Origin: Christensenellaceae bacterium
GTDB lineage: Bacteria > Bacillota > Clostridia > Christensenellales > Borkfalkiaceae
Length of the DNA: 64,000 nt
Direction of reading: 5' to 3'
Assembly: GCA_045645305.1 (NCBI GenBank)
Contig: JAZRIO010000017.1
Coordinates: 10,396 to 74,395 of the forward strand
Part shown: piece by piece, positions 7,950 through 18,696 of the stretch
Position numbering within the stretch: the stretch's first letter is position 1
How the letters are laid out: each line of letters starts with the position of its first letter
Notes under the pieces: model-generated
Database searches by the model: none
Seen by the model: only the letters and a program-made list of their open reading frames with translations
Told to the model about the DNA's origin: nothing
Position numbers and translations under genes: made by a program

Positions 7950-10031
7950 TTGAAGAAGAAAAAATCTAAACTTTTTTGGATAGTTATTGCGGTTATCGTT
8001 GCGCTCATTGGTGTTTTATCAATAACCAAGTGTGCGGGTGGCGGGAAAGAAGTTAACTATTCAGAATTTATAAGGCTAGTTGAGCGTTCTAATAACGGTG
8101 GATATATCACGGATAGTGATTTAATTTACGCGCCTACCGTTGATAGCCAACTTGGAAGTTATGAAACGGCAAAAATTACATCAGTTTACATTGATAACTA
8201 TGTGATTGATTTTGAAATTCAAACGGTAAAGAACAATAGAACAACAACCTATTCTTTCACAACCGTTTACGCAAGGGGCGACACGGCTAACACGCTTGAA
8301 GAACTCCTTAATGAAAAAGGAATTGCAACCTTTGGTTATAGCAATCCCAATAGCGGAAGTTTTTGGTCATCATTGATGCCCATCTTTGGCGCTGTGTTAA
8401 TTATGGTTATTTTCTTAATCATTATGTCGCAAACTCAAGGTGGAACAAAGAGCGCGATGAACTTTGCTAAAACCAATGCAAGGCTCAACCAAAACTTAAA
8501 GGTGCGCTTTTCTGATGTTGCTGGCGCTGAAGAAGAAAAAGAAGAACTCAAGGAAGTTGTTGACTTTTTGAAAAACCCCAAAAAATTCTCTGAAATCGGC
8601 GCGCGTATACCTAAGGGTGTGCTTTTAGTGGGCCCTCCCGGTACAGGTAAAACCTTATTCGCAAAGGCGGTTGCAGGTGAAGCGGGAGTTCCCTTCTTCT
8701 CAATCAGCGGTTCGGACTTTGTGGAAATGTTTGTCGGTGTTGGTGCAAGTAGGGTAAGAGACTTGTTTGAAGTTGCAAAGAAGAATATGCCGTGTATTGT
8801 ATTTATTGATGAAATCGACGCAGTTGGTCGCCAAAGAGGAACAGGTATGGGCGGTGGCCACGATGAAAGAGAGCAAACACTTAACCAATTGCTTGTTCAA
8901 ATGGACGGCTTTGAATCAAACGACGGCATTATTATAATGGCGGCAACCAACCGTGCGGACATCTTAGACCCCGCACTTCTCCGCCCCGGTAGATTTGATA
9001 GACAAATTTACGTTAACGTGCCCGACGTTCGCGGAAGAGAAGCAATCTTAAAAGTACACGCAAGAAATAAAACCTTGGCAGCCGATGTTAACTTTAAGAC
9101 TGTTGCAAGGATGACAAGTGGTTTCTCGGGTGCTGACCTTGAAAACCTTTTGAACGAAGCGGCAATTCTCGCAGCGAGAGCGGATAGAAAATACATCACT
9201 AATAAAGACCTTTACGAAGGTATAAATAAAGTGCTTATGGGTCCGCAAAAGAAGAGTAGGCTTGTTACCGAAACGGATAAGCGCATTACCGCATACCACG
9301 AATCAGGCCACGCGGTTTTAGCAAGGCTACTTAAAAACTGTGACCCCGTGCACGAAGTTTCTATTATTCCCAGAGGTCAAGCGGCAGGCTATACTATGAC
9401 AAGACCTGATAGCGATGACAACCACTTGACCAAAGCAAAACTTTTAGATGATATTGCAATGACACTTGGCGGAAGAGTTGCTGAAGAATTGGTTATTAAA
9501 GATATTTCTGCAGGTGCATCTGGCGATATCCAAGCGGTTACCAAACGCGCAAGGCTTATGGTTACCGAGTGGGGTATGAGCGAAAAGATAGGACCTATCT
9601 CATACGGCTCTGATAAAGAAGTGTTTATCGGCAGAGATATGGCATCGCACGTTTCGTATAGCGAACAAACGGCAGGAATTATCGACCAAGAAATTACACG
9701 CATCGTTGATGAAGGATTACAAAGAGCAAGAAAATTGCTTGGTGAAAATAGAGCGCTTCTCGACAATATGGCAAGACTTTTGGTGGAAAGAGAAACCATA
9801 TTTGCTGAAGAAGTTGATATGCTTATGGAAGGCAAGAGTGTTGAAGAGATAATTAAGTTTATGGATGAAAACGAAAGAACTCTCTCTCAAAACCCCTTTG
9901 CAAGAAGAAGCAAATCTTCAGTTATAATTTCCGAAGAAAAAGCGGAAGAAAAAAAGACTAAAGAAACAAAAGAAGAAGTTGAAAAAACTGAAAAGGAACA
10001 AACGGATAAAGACCAACCTTCCCAAGAATAA
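7950..10031 (+). CDS. ftsH: ATP-dependent zinc metalloprotease FtsH
   Basis: N-terminal TM, Walker A GPPGTGKT, the SRH region, the HESGHA zinc motif and an acidic/lysine-rich C-terminal tail. TTG start with an AGAGAGG SD. Confidence 0.95.
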   Translation: MKKKKSKLFWIVIAVIVALIGVLSITKCAGGGKEVNYSEFIRLVERSNNGGYITDSDLIYAPTVDSQLGSYETAKITSVYIDNYVIDFEIQTVKNNRTTTYSFTTVYARGDTANTLEELLNEKGIATFGYSNPNSGSFWSSLMPIFGAVLIMVIFLIIMSQTQGGTKSAMNFAKTNARLNQNLKVRFSDVAGAEEEKEELKEVVDFLKNPKKFSEIGARIPKGVLLVGPPGTGKTLFAKAVAGEAGVPFFSISGSDFVEMFVGVGASRVRDLFEVAKKNMPCIVFIDEIDAVGRQRGTGMGGGHDEREQTLNQLLVQMDGFESNDGIIIMAATNRADILDPALLRPGRFDRQIYVNVPDVRGREAILKVHARNKTLAADVNFKTVARMTSGFSGADLENLLNEAAILAARADRKYITNKDLYEGINKVLMGPQKKSRLVTETDKRITAYHESGHAVLARLLKNCDPVHEVSIIPRGQAAGYTMTRPDSDDNHLTKAKLLDDIAMTLGGRVAEELVIKDISAGASGDIQAVTKRARLMVTEWGMSEKIGPISYGSDKEVFIGRDMASHVSYSEQTAGIIDQEITRIVDEGLQRARKLLGENRALLDNMARLLVERETIFAEEVDMLMEGKSVEEIIKFMDENERTLSQNPFARRSKSSVIISEEKAEEKKTKETKEEVEKTEKEQTDKDQPSQE

Positions 10032-10074
10032 CGGGAGAAAAAAGGCAATTACAACTAACGAATAGGAGAAAATT

Positions 10075-10848
10075 ATGGGAAAAATTATTGCTTTTTCAAA
10101 CCAAAAAGGTGGCGTAGGCAAAACAACAACTTGCGTAAATATGTCGGCATATCTTGCGAGCAAGGGGTATAAATGTTTAATCGTTGACCTTGACCCCCAA
10201 GGCAATGCGACAAGCGGTTTAGGTTTTGCAAAGAGTGAAGTTAAAAACTCTGTGTATAATGTTATGATTGATGAGATGCCCATTGAAGATGCGGTTGTTA
10301 AAACTTGTGTGGACAATTTGGATATTCTCCCTTCAAACATAGATTTAGCAGGTGCGGAAGTTGAACTCGTTTATGTTAAGGATAGAGAACGCGTTCTCAA
10401 AAGAGTTCTAGAAATAGCAAAAAAGAGTTATGATTTTATAACGATTGACTGTCCGCCGTCACTTGGGTTACTCACCATCAACGCGCTTGCGGCGGCAGAT
10501 ACGGTAATTATTCCTATCCAAAGTGAATACTATGCGCTAGAAGGGTTAAGCCAACTTATGAACACTATAAAACTTGTTGTAAAGCATCTTAACCCCGCGC
10601 TCAAGATTGAAGGCGTTATCCTTACAATGAGTGATAACCGCGCAATCATATCAAGGCAAATCTCTGCAGAGATAAGAAAGTTTTTTGGCAAGAGAGTGTT
10701 TGACACTGTTATTCCAAGGAATATTCGTTTGGCGGAAGCACCAAGCCATGGCGTTCCCATTATGATGCACGATACCAAGTGTTCGGGCGCAAAGGCGTAT
10801 TTGGCGCTCACCGAAGAATTTTTAGGTAGACAACCTGCAAAAAAATAA
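10075..10848 (+). CDS. soj: ParA/Soj chromosome-partitioning ATPase
   Basis: Deviant Walker A NQKGGVGKTTT. 257 aa. Immediately upstream of parB. Confidence 0.9.
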   Translation: MGKIIAFSNQKGGVGKTTTCVNMSAYLASKGYKCLIVDLDPQGNATSGLGFAKSEVKNSVYNVMIDEMPIEDAVVKTCVDNLDILPSNIDLAGAEVELVYVKDRERVLKRVLEIAKKSYDFITIDCPPSLGLLTINALAAADTVIIPIQSEYYALEGLSQLMNTIKLVVKHLNPALKIEGVILTMSDNRAIISRQISAEIRKFFGKRVFDTVIPRNIRLAEAPSHGVPIMMHDTKCSGAKAYLALTEEFLGRQPAKK

Positions 10849-10879
10849 CGGAAAAATAAACTAACGGAGAAAGTTAATT

Positions 10880-11779
10880 ATGAAACCTACGAGAGGATTA
10901 GGAAAAGGATTATCAGCACTCTTTTCGGAAACTGAAGAAGATTACGGCAAGAGTTTGTTGTTTGAAGAAGAGCCTAAGGCAAAAGGAACTGTTACAGAGA
11001 TAGATATTGCTTCAGTTTTTGCAAACCCCAATCAACCGCGTAAAGTGTTTGATGAAACGGCGCTTAACGAACTTGCTGATTCAATTAAAAAGCACGGTGT
11101 AATTATGCCTATTATCGTTAACAAGAGTGGCGATAGGTATATGATTATCGCGGGTGAACGCCGTTTCCGTGCGAGTAAAATTGCAGGGCTTTCTACAATC
11201 CCCGTAATCGTGAAAAATTACGATGAAAAGCAGATCAAAGAAATCTCTCTTATTGAAAACTTACAAAGAGAAGACTTAAACCCCATCGAAGCGGCAACAG
11301 CAATGCGTTCGCTTATGAACGATTATGGTATGACGCAAGATGACTTGGCGGATAGAATAGGTAAATCTCGCCCCGCTATTGCAAACACACTCCGCTTACT
11401 CACTCTTTCACAAGAAGTAATAAAAATGGTTGCAAACGGCACTTTGTCCGCTGGACACGCAAGGGCGCTTATACCCGTTCCGCAAGTAGACCAATTAAAA
11501 CTTGCTGAAGAAGTTGTTAAGAACGGACTTTCGGTAAGAGAAGTTGAGAAAAAGGTTAAAGAATACTTTGCTCCGCCCGAAGAAAAGGTAAAGAAGAAAG
11601 TTAAGCAAGAACTCTCTTTGGAACTTAAAGAACTTATCTCTGATATGCAAAGGGTGTTCGGCACAAAAGTAAACGCAATCGGCAACGATAAAAAGGGTAG
11701 AATTTATATCGATTACTATACCCGTGATGACCTTGATAGATTGAGCGAGTTGCTTGAAGTATTAAAATCAAAAAATTAA
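10880..11779 (+). CDS. spo0J: ParB/Spo0J partition protein
   Basis: ParB box GERRFRA, HTH region, 299 aa, follows soj. Confidence 0.9.
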   Translation: MKPTRGLGKGLSALFSETEEDYGKSLLFEEEPKAKGTVTEIDIASVFANPNQPRKVFDETALNELADSIKKHGVIMPIIVNKSGDRYMIIAGERRFRASKIAGLSTIPVIVKNYDEKQIKEISLIENLQREDLNPIEAATAMRSLMNDYGMTQDDLADRIGKSRPAIANTLRLLTLSQEVIKMVANGTLSAGHARALIPVPQVDQLKLAEEVVKNGLSVREVEKKVKEYFAPPEEKVKKKVKQELSLELKELISDMQRVFGTKVNAIGNDKKGRIYIDYYTRDDLDRLSELLEVLKSKN

Positions 11780-11816
11780 AAAAGAAGGGGCGAGCGCGCC
11801 CCTTTAAGTTATAAAA

Positions 11817-12344
11817 ATGAGTGAAATTTTTGTTAAGATTACTCCGCCCGTTTTTCTTAAAACCAAAAGGCTAACGATAACCGACTTTACCCCGAGCGAT
11901 AAGGCCGAGTATTTTAGGCTTTATATGGATGATGAGTTAAACCGCTGGTGGGGGTATGATTATAGGGAAGATTTGAAAGAAAAACCACCCACCCCCGAAT
12001 ATTTTTACACCTTTATGCAGTCTCTAAAAGAAAAGGGGGAAGAATATTCCTTTGCTCTTCGCAAAGAAGAAAATTTGATTGGCGAATTGGTTTTATATAA
12101 TTTTGAAGATGAAAGTTGCGAAATGGGTTTTAGGCTGTTTTTAGAACACCAAGGCAACGGCTATGCCTTTGAAGGTGCGAGCGCACTAAAAGAATACGCT
12201 TTCAATGCTCTCGGTGCAAAAAAACTAAAAACAAAGTGCTATAAACAAAACTTGCCGTCAAAAAAACTGATTGAAAAATTAGGGTTTAAGTTTATTAGCG
12301 AAGATAACACGCACTTTTATTTTGAGTGTGAAAAAGTTAGTTAA
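11817..12344 (+). CDS. GNAT family N-acetyltransferase (RimJ/RimL-like)
   Basis: 175 aa. Q/HQGNGYA acetyl-CoA loop and typical GNAT length. Confidence 0.7.
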   Translation: MSEIFVKITPPVFLKTKRLTITDFTPSDKAEYFRLYMDDELNRWWGYDYREDLKEKPPTPEYFYTFMQSLKEKGEEYSFALRKEENLIGELVLYNFEDESCEMGFRLFLEHQGNGYAFEGASALKEYAFNALGAKKLKTKCYKQNLPSKKLIEKLGFKFISEDNTHFYFECEKVS

Positions 12345-12439
12345 AAATAATACAAGATTTAAGAGATTGTGAAATAAAAAGTTAAAACATCACCTAAAAG
12401 GTGTGGTATAATATAAAAACCAAAAGATAAGGAGCAACT

Positions 12440-13594
12440 ATGGAAAAGTTTTTTGATAAATACGAACTTAAAATTGGCGAAGAAATGGAATCGCCTTTTA
12501 TGAACAAAGTTGGTGTGTTCCAAGACGGCACAACACCTATGTATCGTGACGTAGATGGCAAACTTTGGGCAATGAGCGGTCACTCACATATGGGACATAT
12601 CGGTATGTTCTCGGGCACTTGCCTTGATGATATGAAAGAGGCTTGGCCGATTAACACAAACTTTTGCGTTGGCCACGCTGAACACGCGTACGATGGCGTA
12701 AGATACCCCGAAGGCATTTTACCGAGAGGTAGCATTTGGCCGTTCGGTCTTTATATTTGCCCCAACACCCATAGATTTTTCTGTTGGTTCCACAACGAAA
12801 CGGGTTGGAACGGCAAAGGTACCGCATACGATGCGTATGGGCTTTGCAACACACCTAAACTTGACTCTGACTTCCGCCATGTTGGTCTTATGCACTCTGA
12901 TGATGAAGGTAAAAACTGGTTCTTCGACCGTTGGGTGTTGACTGGCGAAACGGTTGCTTTAACCGAACTCTATAACCCCGGCGCGGGCAAGGTTATCGGT
13001 CAAAAGAACGGCGAGATTAAACTTGGCAGTGGCGACTTCTGTATGTTTATTGAACCCGACGGCGAATATATTTATTTGCTTTATGATATTATCACACTCG
13101 ATATGACCAAAACCACATTTAAGGACGCGTGGAAGTCTTGCGACGCGTACATTGCGCGTTGCCGTAAGCGTACTGACGGCGTTATGGGTGACTTTGTTAA
13201 ATATTATGAAGGCAAGTGGGAAGAAGCAGGCAACCTTGGCAAAGAATCGGTAATCCTAAAAGACTGCTGGCACCCGAGAGTTGTTTATAGCGAAGTGGAA
13301 AAAATGTATATTATGACGAGTAAACCTATCGCTAAATGTATGCAAGAGCAAATTCCCGGTCTTGACTTTAAGGGAAAGGTTATGCAAATTTCAACTTCAA
13401 AAGACCTTGTAAATTGGTCCGAGCCTGAAATTTGCTATGTAGATGGCAAGCCTTGGGGCAACCACTACAACGCGATTATCCCCGAAGATACCGTTAACCA
13501 ACCCAACATTTTATCTTCAAACAAGTTCTCAATTTTGAACTGTCATAACGGCACCGATGTAATGAGATATAAAGCGGAATTGGTAAAAAAATAA
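12440..13594 (+). CDS. hypothetical protein (Trp/Gly/Asp-rich, possibly beta-propeller glycosidase-like)
   Basis: 384-aa ORF with GGAG SD and a TGnTATAAT promoter upstream. No motif I can name. Confidence 0.55.
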   Translation: MEKFFDKYELKIGEEMESPFMNKVGVFQDGTTPMYRDVDGKLWAMSGHSHMGHIGMFSGTCLDDMKEAWPINTNFCVGHAEHAYDGVRYPEGILPRGSIWPFGLYICPNTHRFFCWFHNETGWNGKGTAYDAYGLCNTPKLDSDFRHVGLMHSDDEGKNWFFDRWVLTGETVALTELYNPGAGKVIGQKNGEIKLGSGDFCMFIEPDGEYIYLLYDIITLDMTKTTFKDAWKSCDAYIARCRKRTDGVMGDFVKYYEGKWEEAGNLGKESVILKDCWHPRVVYSEVEKMYIMTSKPIAKCMQEQIPGLDFKGKVMQISTSKDLVNWSEPEICYVDGKPWGNHYNAIIPEDTVNQPNILSSNKFSILNCHNGTDVMRYKAELVKK

Positions 13595-13597
13595 ACT

Positions 13598-14212
13598 ATG
13601 AAGATATTATTTTTAGGCGACAGCATAACCGCAGGTGTAGGCGCAAGCGTGCCACACAACAAATATGTTGAGATAGTTAAAGCAAGACTAAATTGTGTTG
13701 CGCGCAACTATGGTATTAGCGGAAGTAGAATAGCAAGGCAAAGACTAGGCGACAATGTTGCCACTAATGATTGGGACTTTCAACAACGCGCAATCGTTAT
13801 GGATAAGATAGCCGATTACATTTTTGTTTTCGGCGGAACTAACGATTTGGGGCACGGCAATGCAGAATTTGGCGAGAAAGGAAGCACTGACCCCTATACC
13901 TTTTGGGGTGCAATGGAAAATTTGACCGAATACTTGATTGCCACTTACGGCAAGGAAAAATTGTGCTTTTTATTGCCCTTGCACTGCGCGGAAGAAAACA
14001 AGGCAAACGGAGCAACGCTTTGTGATTATGTAAACATAATGAAAGAAGTTTTGACCGAAAAGGGAATTGACTTTTTGGACTTTTATAATAACGGGCCCAA
14101 AAAACCCTTGTCAAAAGAACCGAATGAATTCTTTCTTGACGGTTTACATCCAAACGAGAAAGGGCATTTGTGGATAGCCGAACAAGTGATAAACTACATA
14201 AAAACAAAATAA
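13598..14212 (+). CDS. SGNH/GDSL hydrolase family protein
   Basis: Block I ILFLGDSIT, block III GGTND, block V DGLHPN. Confidence 0.8.
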   Translation: MKILFLGDSITAGVGASVPHNKYVEIVKARLNCVARNYGISGSRIARQRLGDNVATNDWDFQQRAIVMDKIADYIFVFGGTNDLGHGNAEFGEKGSTDPYTFWGAMENLTEYLIATYGKEKLCFLLPLHCAEENKANGATLCDYVNIMKEVLTEKGIDFLDFYNNGPKKPLSKEPNEFFLDGLHPNEKGHLWIAEQVINYIKTK

Positions 14213-14221
14213 CAAAAAAAT

Positions 14222-14254
14222 AAAAAGCGAACTCAAAAAGAGTTCGCTTTTTTA
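14222..14254. terminator. bidirectional intrinsic terminator
   Basis: Stem agcgaactc / gagttcgct flanked by an A-run and a T-run, between convergent genes. Confidence 0.7.
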
Positions 14255-14274
14255 GTTATCTTAAGGATTATTTA

Positions 14275-15273
14275 TCATTCAAAGTAGATAACACTCTTTA
14301 CAAAGCCTTCTTCTCTTTTAACCGAGTCAACGAAAGCTTGTTTTATGTCTTCTGCTTTATATTTATGTGATATTAGCAACGAAAGGTCGAAAACGCCACG
14401 TTCAAAAAGTTTAATTGTTTTGGGCCAATATCTTGAATACTCTCTGCCATCGTCGATTGCAGGGGAGGTGTGTATCAAGCGATTGCCTTTAAGATGTTGT
14501 GTTTTAAAGTCGATAGTTCTTTCAGTTCTATGCCAGCCGAAAAGATAAATGTCACCTGCTTTTGCACAAGCTTTAACCGCAAGGTCAAGTCCACTTTGAC
14601 TGCCAGAACATTCAATAACTTTGTTAAATTCGCCCACAACTTGGTCGGGGGAACAAACGACTTCCGCACCACATTTTTTTGCAAGATCGCGACTGCTTTG
14701 TTTTACGTCACAAACTACAAACTCGCTAAACGGATAACCTTTTATAAGTTGCACCATTAAAAGCCCCATAAACCCAGCGCCGACCAAAAGCACTCTATCA
14801 GCAGGCTTTAAGTCCATATAGGAAACTGCGTTGACTATGCTTGCAGCGGGTTCGATAACCCAGTTTGCAGGATCGCCGAGATTGTCGGGAAGTTTATAAG
14901 CAAACTCTGCAGGGCCGACAAGTCTTCTTGACCATTGTCCCATATACCAACAGCAAGCGCAATAATCGCCAACTTTTAAGTGCTTAACATTCTTTCCAAC
15001 GGCTAAAACTCTGTGTACTGCCTCGTGCCCCGGTACCATAGGATAGCGTGGGTGGGTTAGGTCGCCTTTATAAAGGCTTACTTCGTGAGTGCAAATTGAG
15101 CCAAGCACCGCTTCAACGGCAATTTCATCGTCTAATGGTGCTCTATCTAAACTCAAAGAGTACATTTCCGTTCCATGCTCTATATCTTCTTCGTCGGTGG
15201 GCATATAAACGTCGGAAGGTTTTACTTCTCTAAAAGTTATATCGCCCAAATCTTCTAAAATGATAGCTTTCAT
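14275..15273 (-). CDS. zinc-dependent alcohol dehydrogenase family (MDR) oxidoreductase
   Basis: GHEAVHRV zinc motif and VGAGFMG Rossmann motif. 332 aa. Confidence 0.85.
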   Translation of the reverse strand: MKAIILEDLGDITFREVKPSDVYMPTDEEDIEHGTEMYSLSLDRAPLDDEIAVEAVLGSICTHEVSLYKGDLTHPRYPMVPGHEAVHRVLAVGKNVKHLKVGDYCACCWYMGQWSRRLVGPAEFAYKLPDNLGDPANWVIEPAASIVNAVSYMDLKPADRVLLVGAGFMGLLMVQLIKGYPFSEFVVCDVKQSSRDLAKKCGAEVVCSPDQVVGEFNKVIECSGSQSGLDLAVKACAKAGDIYLFGWHRTERTIDFKTQHLKGNRLIHTSPAIDDGREYSRYWPKTIKLFERGVFDLSLLISHKYKAEDIKQAFVDSVKREEGFVKSVIYFE

Positions 15274-15291
15274 AATGGTTTTGCCCTCGCT

Positions 15292-16212
15292 TTATTTAAA
15301 TAATTCTCTAATGCTGTCAGCAATTCCCTTTGCTTGCAAGCCGTATTGATCACGAATCCACGCTTGACCGCCTATTTTTGCAACGTTAACGTCGGGGAAT
15401 GCAAGGCGCTTAAACTTTTTGGGATAAACGTTTTGGTCGCAAAGAACTTCGGAAACGGCACTGCCAAGACCACCCATAAGGTTGTGTTCTTCGATCGTTA
15501 CGATACCGCCCGTGTTTTTAGCACTGTCAATAATCATATCTTTGTCGATAGGCTTAATGGTGTGCATACTAACTACTCGGCAGTTGATTCCTTCTTTTGC
15601 AAGTTCTTCCGCCGCTTTAACGACTTCTATGCCGATAGGACCTGCAAACATAAGGGTTATGTCTTTGCCTTCCTTAACGGTAATGGCCTTGCCAAGTTTA
15701 AAGTCGATAGGGCCAGAGTGAATATCCTTTTCGCCCTTATAACCGCAACGATAATAGAAGGGGCCGTTGTGCTCAATCATTGCATAAGTTGCGCCGATTG
15801 CTTCGTAGTTATCGCAAGGAACTTCAACAATCATATTGGGAAGCGCACGCATAATAGCGATATCTTCGGTTGAGTGGTGGCTCATACCGAGTGCGCCGTA
15901 AGAAACACCACCGCCAATGATAACGATTTTAACGTTTGCGTTATGATAGCAAGCGTCGTTTCTAATTTGTTCTAAGCAACGCAAGGTGGGGAAGTTTGCA
16001 ATACTATAAGTTACAGCGATATTACCTTCCATAGCAATACCGGTTGCAACACCCGTCATGTTTTGTTCTGCAACGCCAACGTTATAATATCTTTCGGGGA
16101 AAGTATCGCGGAACGGTTCGATTTCGCCGTAGCCAATATCTGCAAGTACCATATGAATTCTTTTATCTTTCTTTGCAATTTCAAGCAAAGTTTTGTTAAA
16201 TACCGCTCTCAT
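15292..16212 (-). CDS. transketolase, C-terminal (pyrimidine-binding) subunit
   Basis: 306 aa. GVAEQNM motif. Directly follows the N-terminal subunit gene. Confidence 0.9.
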   Translation of the reverse strand: MRAVFNKTLLEIAKKDKRIHMVLADIGYGEIEPFRDTFPERYYNVGVAEQNMTGVATGIAMEGNIAVTYSIANFPTLRCLEQIRNDACYHNANVKIVIIGGGVSYGALGMSHHSTEDIAIMRALPNMIVEVPCDNYEAIGATYAMIEHNGPFYYRCGYKGEKDIHSGPIDFKLGKAITVKEGKDITLMFAGPIGIEVVKAAEELAKEGINCRVVSMHTIKPIDKDMIIDSAKNTGGIVTIEEHNLMGGLGSAVSEVLCDQNVYPKKFKRLAFPDVNVAKIGGQAWIRDQYGLQAKGIADSIRELFK

Positions 16213-17022
16213 TTATTTGCCCTCCTTAATTTTTGCAATAACTTCTTCAATCTTATCATCGGGAACATAGTTGTAGTGTGATCTAACAGTGTTTTCAAGG
16301 TAATCAATGCCCTTGCATTTAACGGTGTTTGCAATAATTGCGGTGGGGCGGTTACTTGAAACGGGCGTGTTTAAGAGCGCGGTGCGGATTTGGTCAACGT
16401 CGTGTCCGTCGATAATAACTGCATCCCAACCGAAAAGTTTAAGACGTTCGTCAAGCGGTTCAAGGTTTTCAATGTCTTTTGAAAAACCAAGTGCTTGAAT
16501 TTTATTGTAGTCAATAATTAAGATTAAGTTAGAAAGGTGCTCTTGTGCGGCAAACATAATTGCTTCCCAAGTAGAGCCTTCGTTCATATCTCCGTCGGAA
16601 GCAAGGCAGAAAACTCTTCTTTTAGAGTTTGCGTATCTCGCAGCGATTGCCATACCAACAGCAACGGGCAAGCCGTGTCCTAAAGAGCCTGTTGAAAATT
16701 CAACCCCCGGAACTTTGTGGCTTATGTGTCCCATAAGTTTGCCGTCATCACAGTAATATCTTTTGAGCCAATCGGTGGGAATAAAGCCTTTTTGTGCAAG
16801 CACCGAATAAACGGCGGCAGCAGCGTGGCCTTTACTTAAAATAAACCTATCACGGTCGGGCATGTCGGGGTTTTTTGGGTCTACGTTAAGTATTCCGTCA
16901 TACAAAACCGCAACGATTTCAGCCATAGAAAGCATACTGCCAACGTGTCCGCTATGTGCGGCGTTTGTCATTTTGATGCTGTCTACACGAATTTGTTTAG
17001 CAACTTCTTTTACGTCACTCAT
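16213..17022 (-). CDS. transketolase, N-terminal (TPP-binding) subunit
   Basis: GHVGSMLSMAEI, GSLGHGLPVAVG and GDGDMNEG-like (SDGDMNEGS) TPP motif. Confidence 0.9.
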   Translation of the reverse strand: MSDVKEVAKQIRVDSIKMTNAAHSGHVGSMLSMAEIVAVLYDGILNVDPKNPDMPDRDRFILSKGHAAAAVYSVLAQKGFIPTDWLKRYYCDDGKLMGHISHKVPGVEFSTGSLGHGLPVAVGMAIAARYANSKRRVFCLASDGDMNEGSTWEAIMFAAQEHLSNLILIIDYNKIQALGFSKDIENLEPLDERLKLFGWDAVIIDGHDVDQIRTALLNTPVSSNRPTAIIANTVKCKGIDYLENTVRSHYNYVPDDKIEEVIAKIKEGK

Positions 17023-17149
17023 TTTGCTATCTCCTAAAATTTTATTTTTAAGTTAATTATATCAAATAACAAAAGGAATACAATATATATAAAAACGGAA
17101 AAATGTCAAAATATTTCGAGAAATTTTTATTGTTTTTTCAAAAAGATGG

Positions 17150-17178
17150 TTGACTTTAGAAAGCGATATCACTATACT
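17150..17178 (+). promoter_or_regulatory. sigma-70-type promoter for the AraC gene
   Basis: TTGACT - 17 bp - TATACT, 18 nt upstream of the ATG at 17196. Confidence 0.5.
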
Positions 17179-17195
17179 AAAAAAGGGGTAAAAAT

Positions 17196-18080
17196 ATGGC
17201 AAAGTATTATAAGCACAAAATTGCACGCGCTATAAATGTTTCTAAAATCGTTACCGTGCATTATCTTGAACTTAACAAAAAATTCTCTTATCCACCTGAA
17301 TCGCACGATTTTTGGGAATTGCATTATGTAGATAAAGGGTGTTTATACTGTTTCCAAAACCAAGAAAAAAAGGAAGTGAGCCAAGGCGAACTGATATTTT
17401 TTAAACCTATGGTAGAGCACCATTTGGAAATGGATGAAGTTGAATCAAACCTTTGTGTTATATCGTTTGAGTGCAAATCGGAAATCCTTAATGAAATAAG
17501 CGAAGCCGTTTATAAACTTTCCACGCGTGAAAAGGCGCTTATTTCTACCCTTTTTGAAGAGGCGGAAAAAACTTTTGTTATGCCAAAGTTAGACCCCGCC
17601 TTAAAGAAAATGCCCTTAAAGAGCAATGCGCCACTTGGCAGTATGCAATTAATCCAACTCTCATTAGAAGAACTTATCATAAGGTTGCTTAGAAAGCGGG
17701 GAGTGAACAATACTGAAAAGGACAAGTTGGTGGTAAATTATGATGATAAAATAATAAATGAAATTATAAACTATCTAACCAAAAACCTTGCGGAAAAAAT
17801 TTCCCTTTCGGATATTGCAAATAAAATGGGGTACGGCAAAACCTTTTTGTGTACGCGCTTTAAGGAAGTTACGGGCAAAACGATTTTTAGTTTTTTTACC
17901 GAACTTCAAATAGAAGAAGCCAAAAATATGATAAGAAAAAGCAAGGACAACACGGTTGCGGCAATATCCGATGCTCTTAATTTTAGCGAGCCGACTTATT
18001 TTTGTTCGGTATTTAAAAAGATTACGGGCATGTCCCCTAAAGAATACTCAAAAACTATACACGCGTTTGATAAAGAATAA
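17196..18080 (+). CDS. AraC family transcriptional regulator (cupin + HTH)
   Basis: C-terminal double HTH (FSEPTYFCSVFKK.TGMSPKEY). Divergent from the transketolase/ADH operon. Confidence 0.85.
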   Translation: MAKYYKHKIARAINVSKIVTVHYLELNKKFSYPPESHDFWELHYVDKGCLYCFQNQEKKEVSQGELIFFKPMVEHHLEMDEVESNLCVISFECKSEILNEISEAVYKLSTREKALISTLFEEAEKTFVMPKLDPALKKMPLKSNAPLGSMQLIQLSLEELIIRLLRKRGVNNTEKDKLVVNYDDKIINEIINYLTKNLAEKISLSDIANKMGYGKTFLCTRFKEVTGKTIFSFFTELQIEEAKNMIRKSKDNTVAAISDALNFSEPTYFCSVFKKITGMSPKEYSKTIHAFDKE

Positions 18081-18110
18081 AAAAATCTCTCCAAATGGAG
18101 AGATTTTTTG
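18080..18110. terminator. bidirectional intrinsic terminator
   Basis: Stem atctctcc / ggagagat with flanking A- and T-runs. Confidence 0.7.
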
Positions 18111-18111
18111 T

Positions 18112-18696
18112 TTATAGTGAATTTATTATTTCATTAACTTTTTCTTTTAAGTTGTCGGTCGTGCCATTGTTTTCAATAACGGTGTAGGGGGTAAGGTCAA
18201 GGCTATCGTAATCAACTTGATTATTTATACGAGATTCCACTTGCTCGCGAGTAAGATGTGAGCGAAGCATTGCACTTTCAATTCTTTTTTCTTTTTCGCG
18301 CGTAACCACAATCACCTTGTCAAAATATTTTTGAAATTCGCACTCAAAAAGCAAGGGTACTTCTGCAAAGATAACCCCACCCACTGCTTTATAAACGGCA
18401 ATAATTCTTGCCATAACGATAGGGGTGATAAGTTCGGTCAATTGGCGGTGTTTTTCCTTATCCATAAAAACTTGCTTTGCAATTTCCGCCCTGTCAATGG
18501 TAAGTTTAATTCTTCCCGTAACAGCGGTTGGGAATAGCAATCTCAACAACTTTTTAATTTTGCGTTCCTTATAAATTTCGCTAACGATTTCATCGGAAGA
18601 TAGGGTGAGAAAAGAGTTTTCTTTGATTATGTTAGTAACCGTACTCTTTCCGCTTCCTATACCGCCTGTGATAGCGATTAAAAGATTCTTTTTCAT
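18112..18696 (-). CDS. coaE: dephospho-CoA kinase
   Basis: P-loop GGIGSGKST. 194 aa. Abuts polA as in many Firmicutes. Confidence 0.9.
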   Translation of the reverse strand: MKKNLLIAITGGIGSGKSTVTNIIKENSFLTLSSDEIVSEIYKERKIKKLLRLLFPTAVTGRIKLTIDRAEIAKQVFMDKEKHRQLTELITPIVMARIIAVYKAVGGVIFAEVPLLFECEFQKYFDKVIVVTREKEKRIESAMLRSHLTREQVESRINNQVDYDSLDLTPYTVIENNGTTDNLKEKVNEIINSL

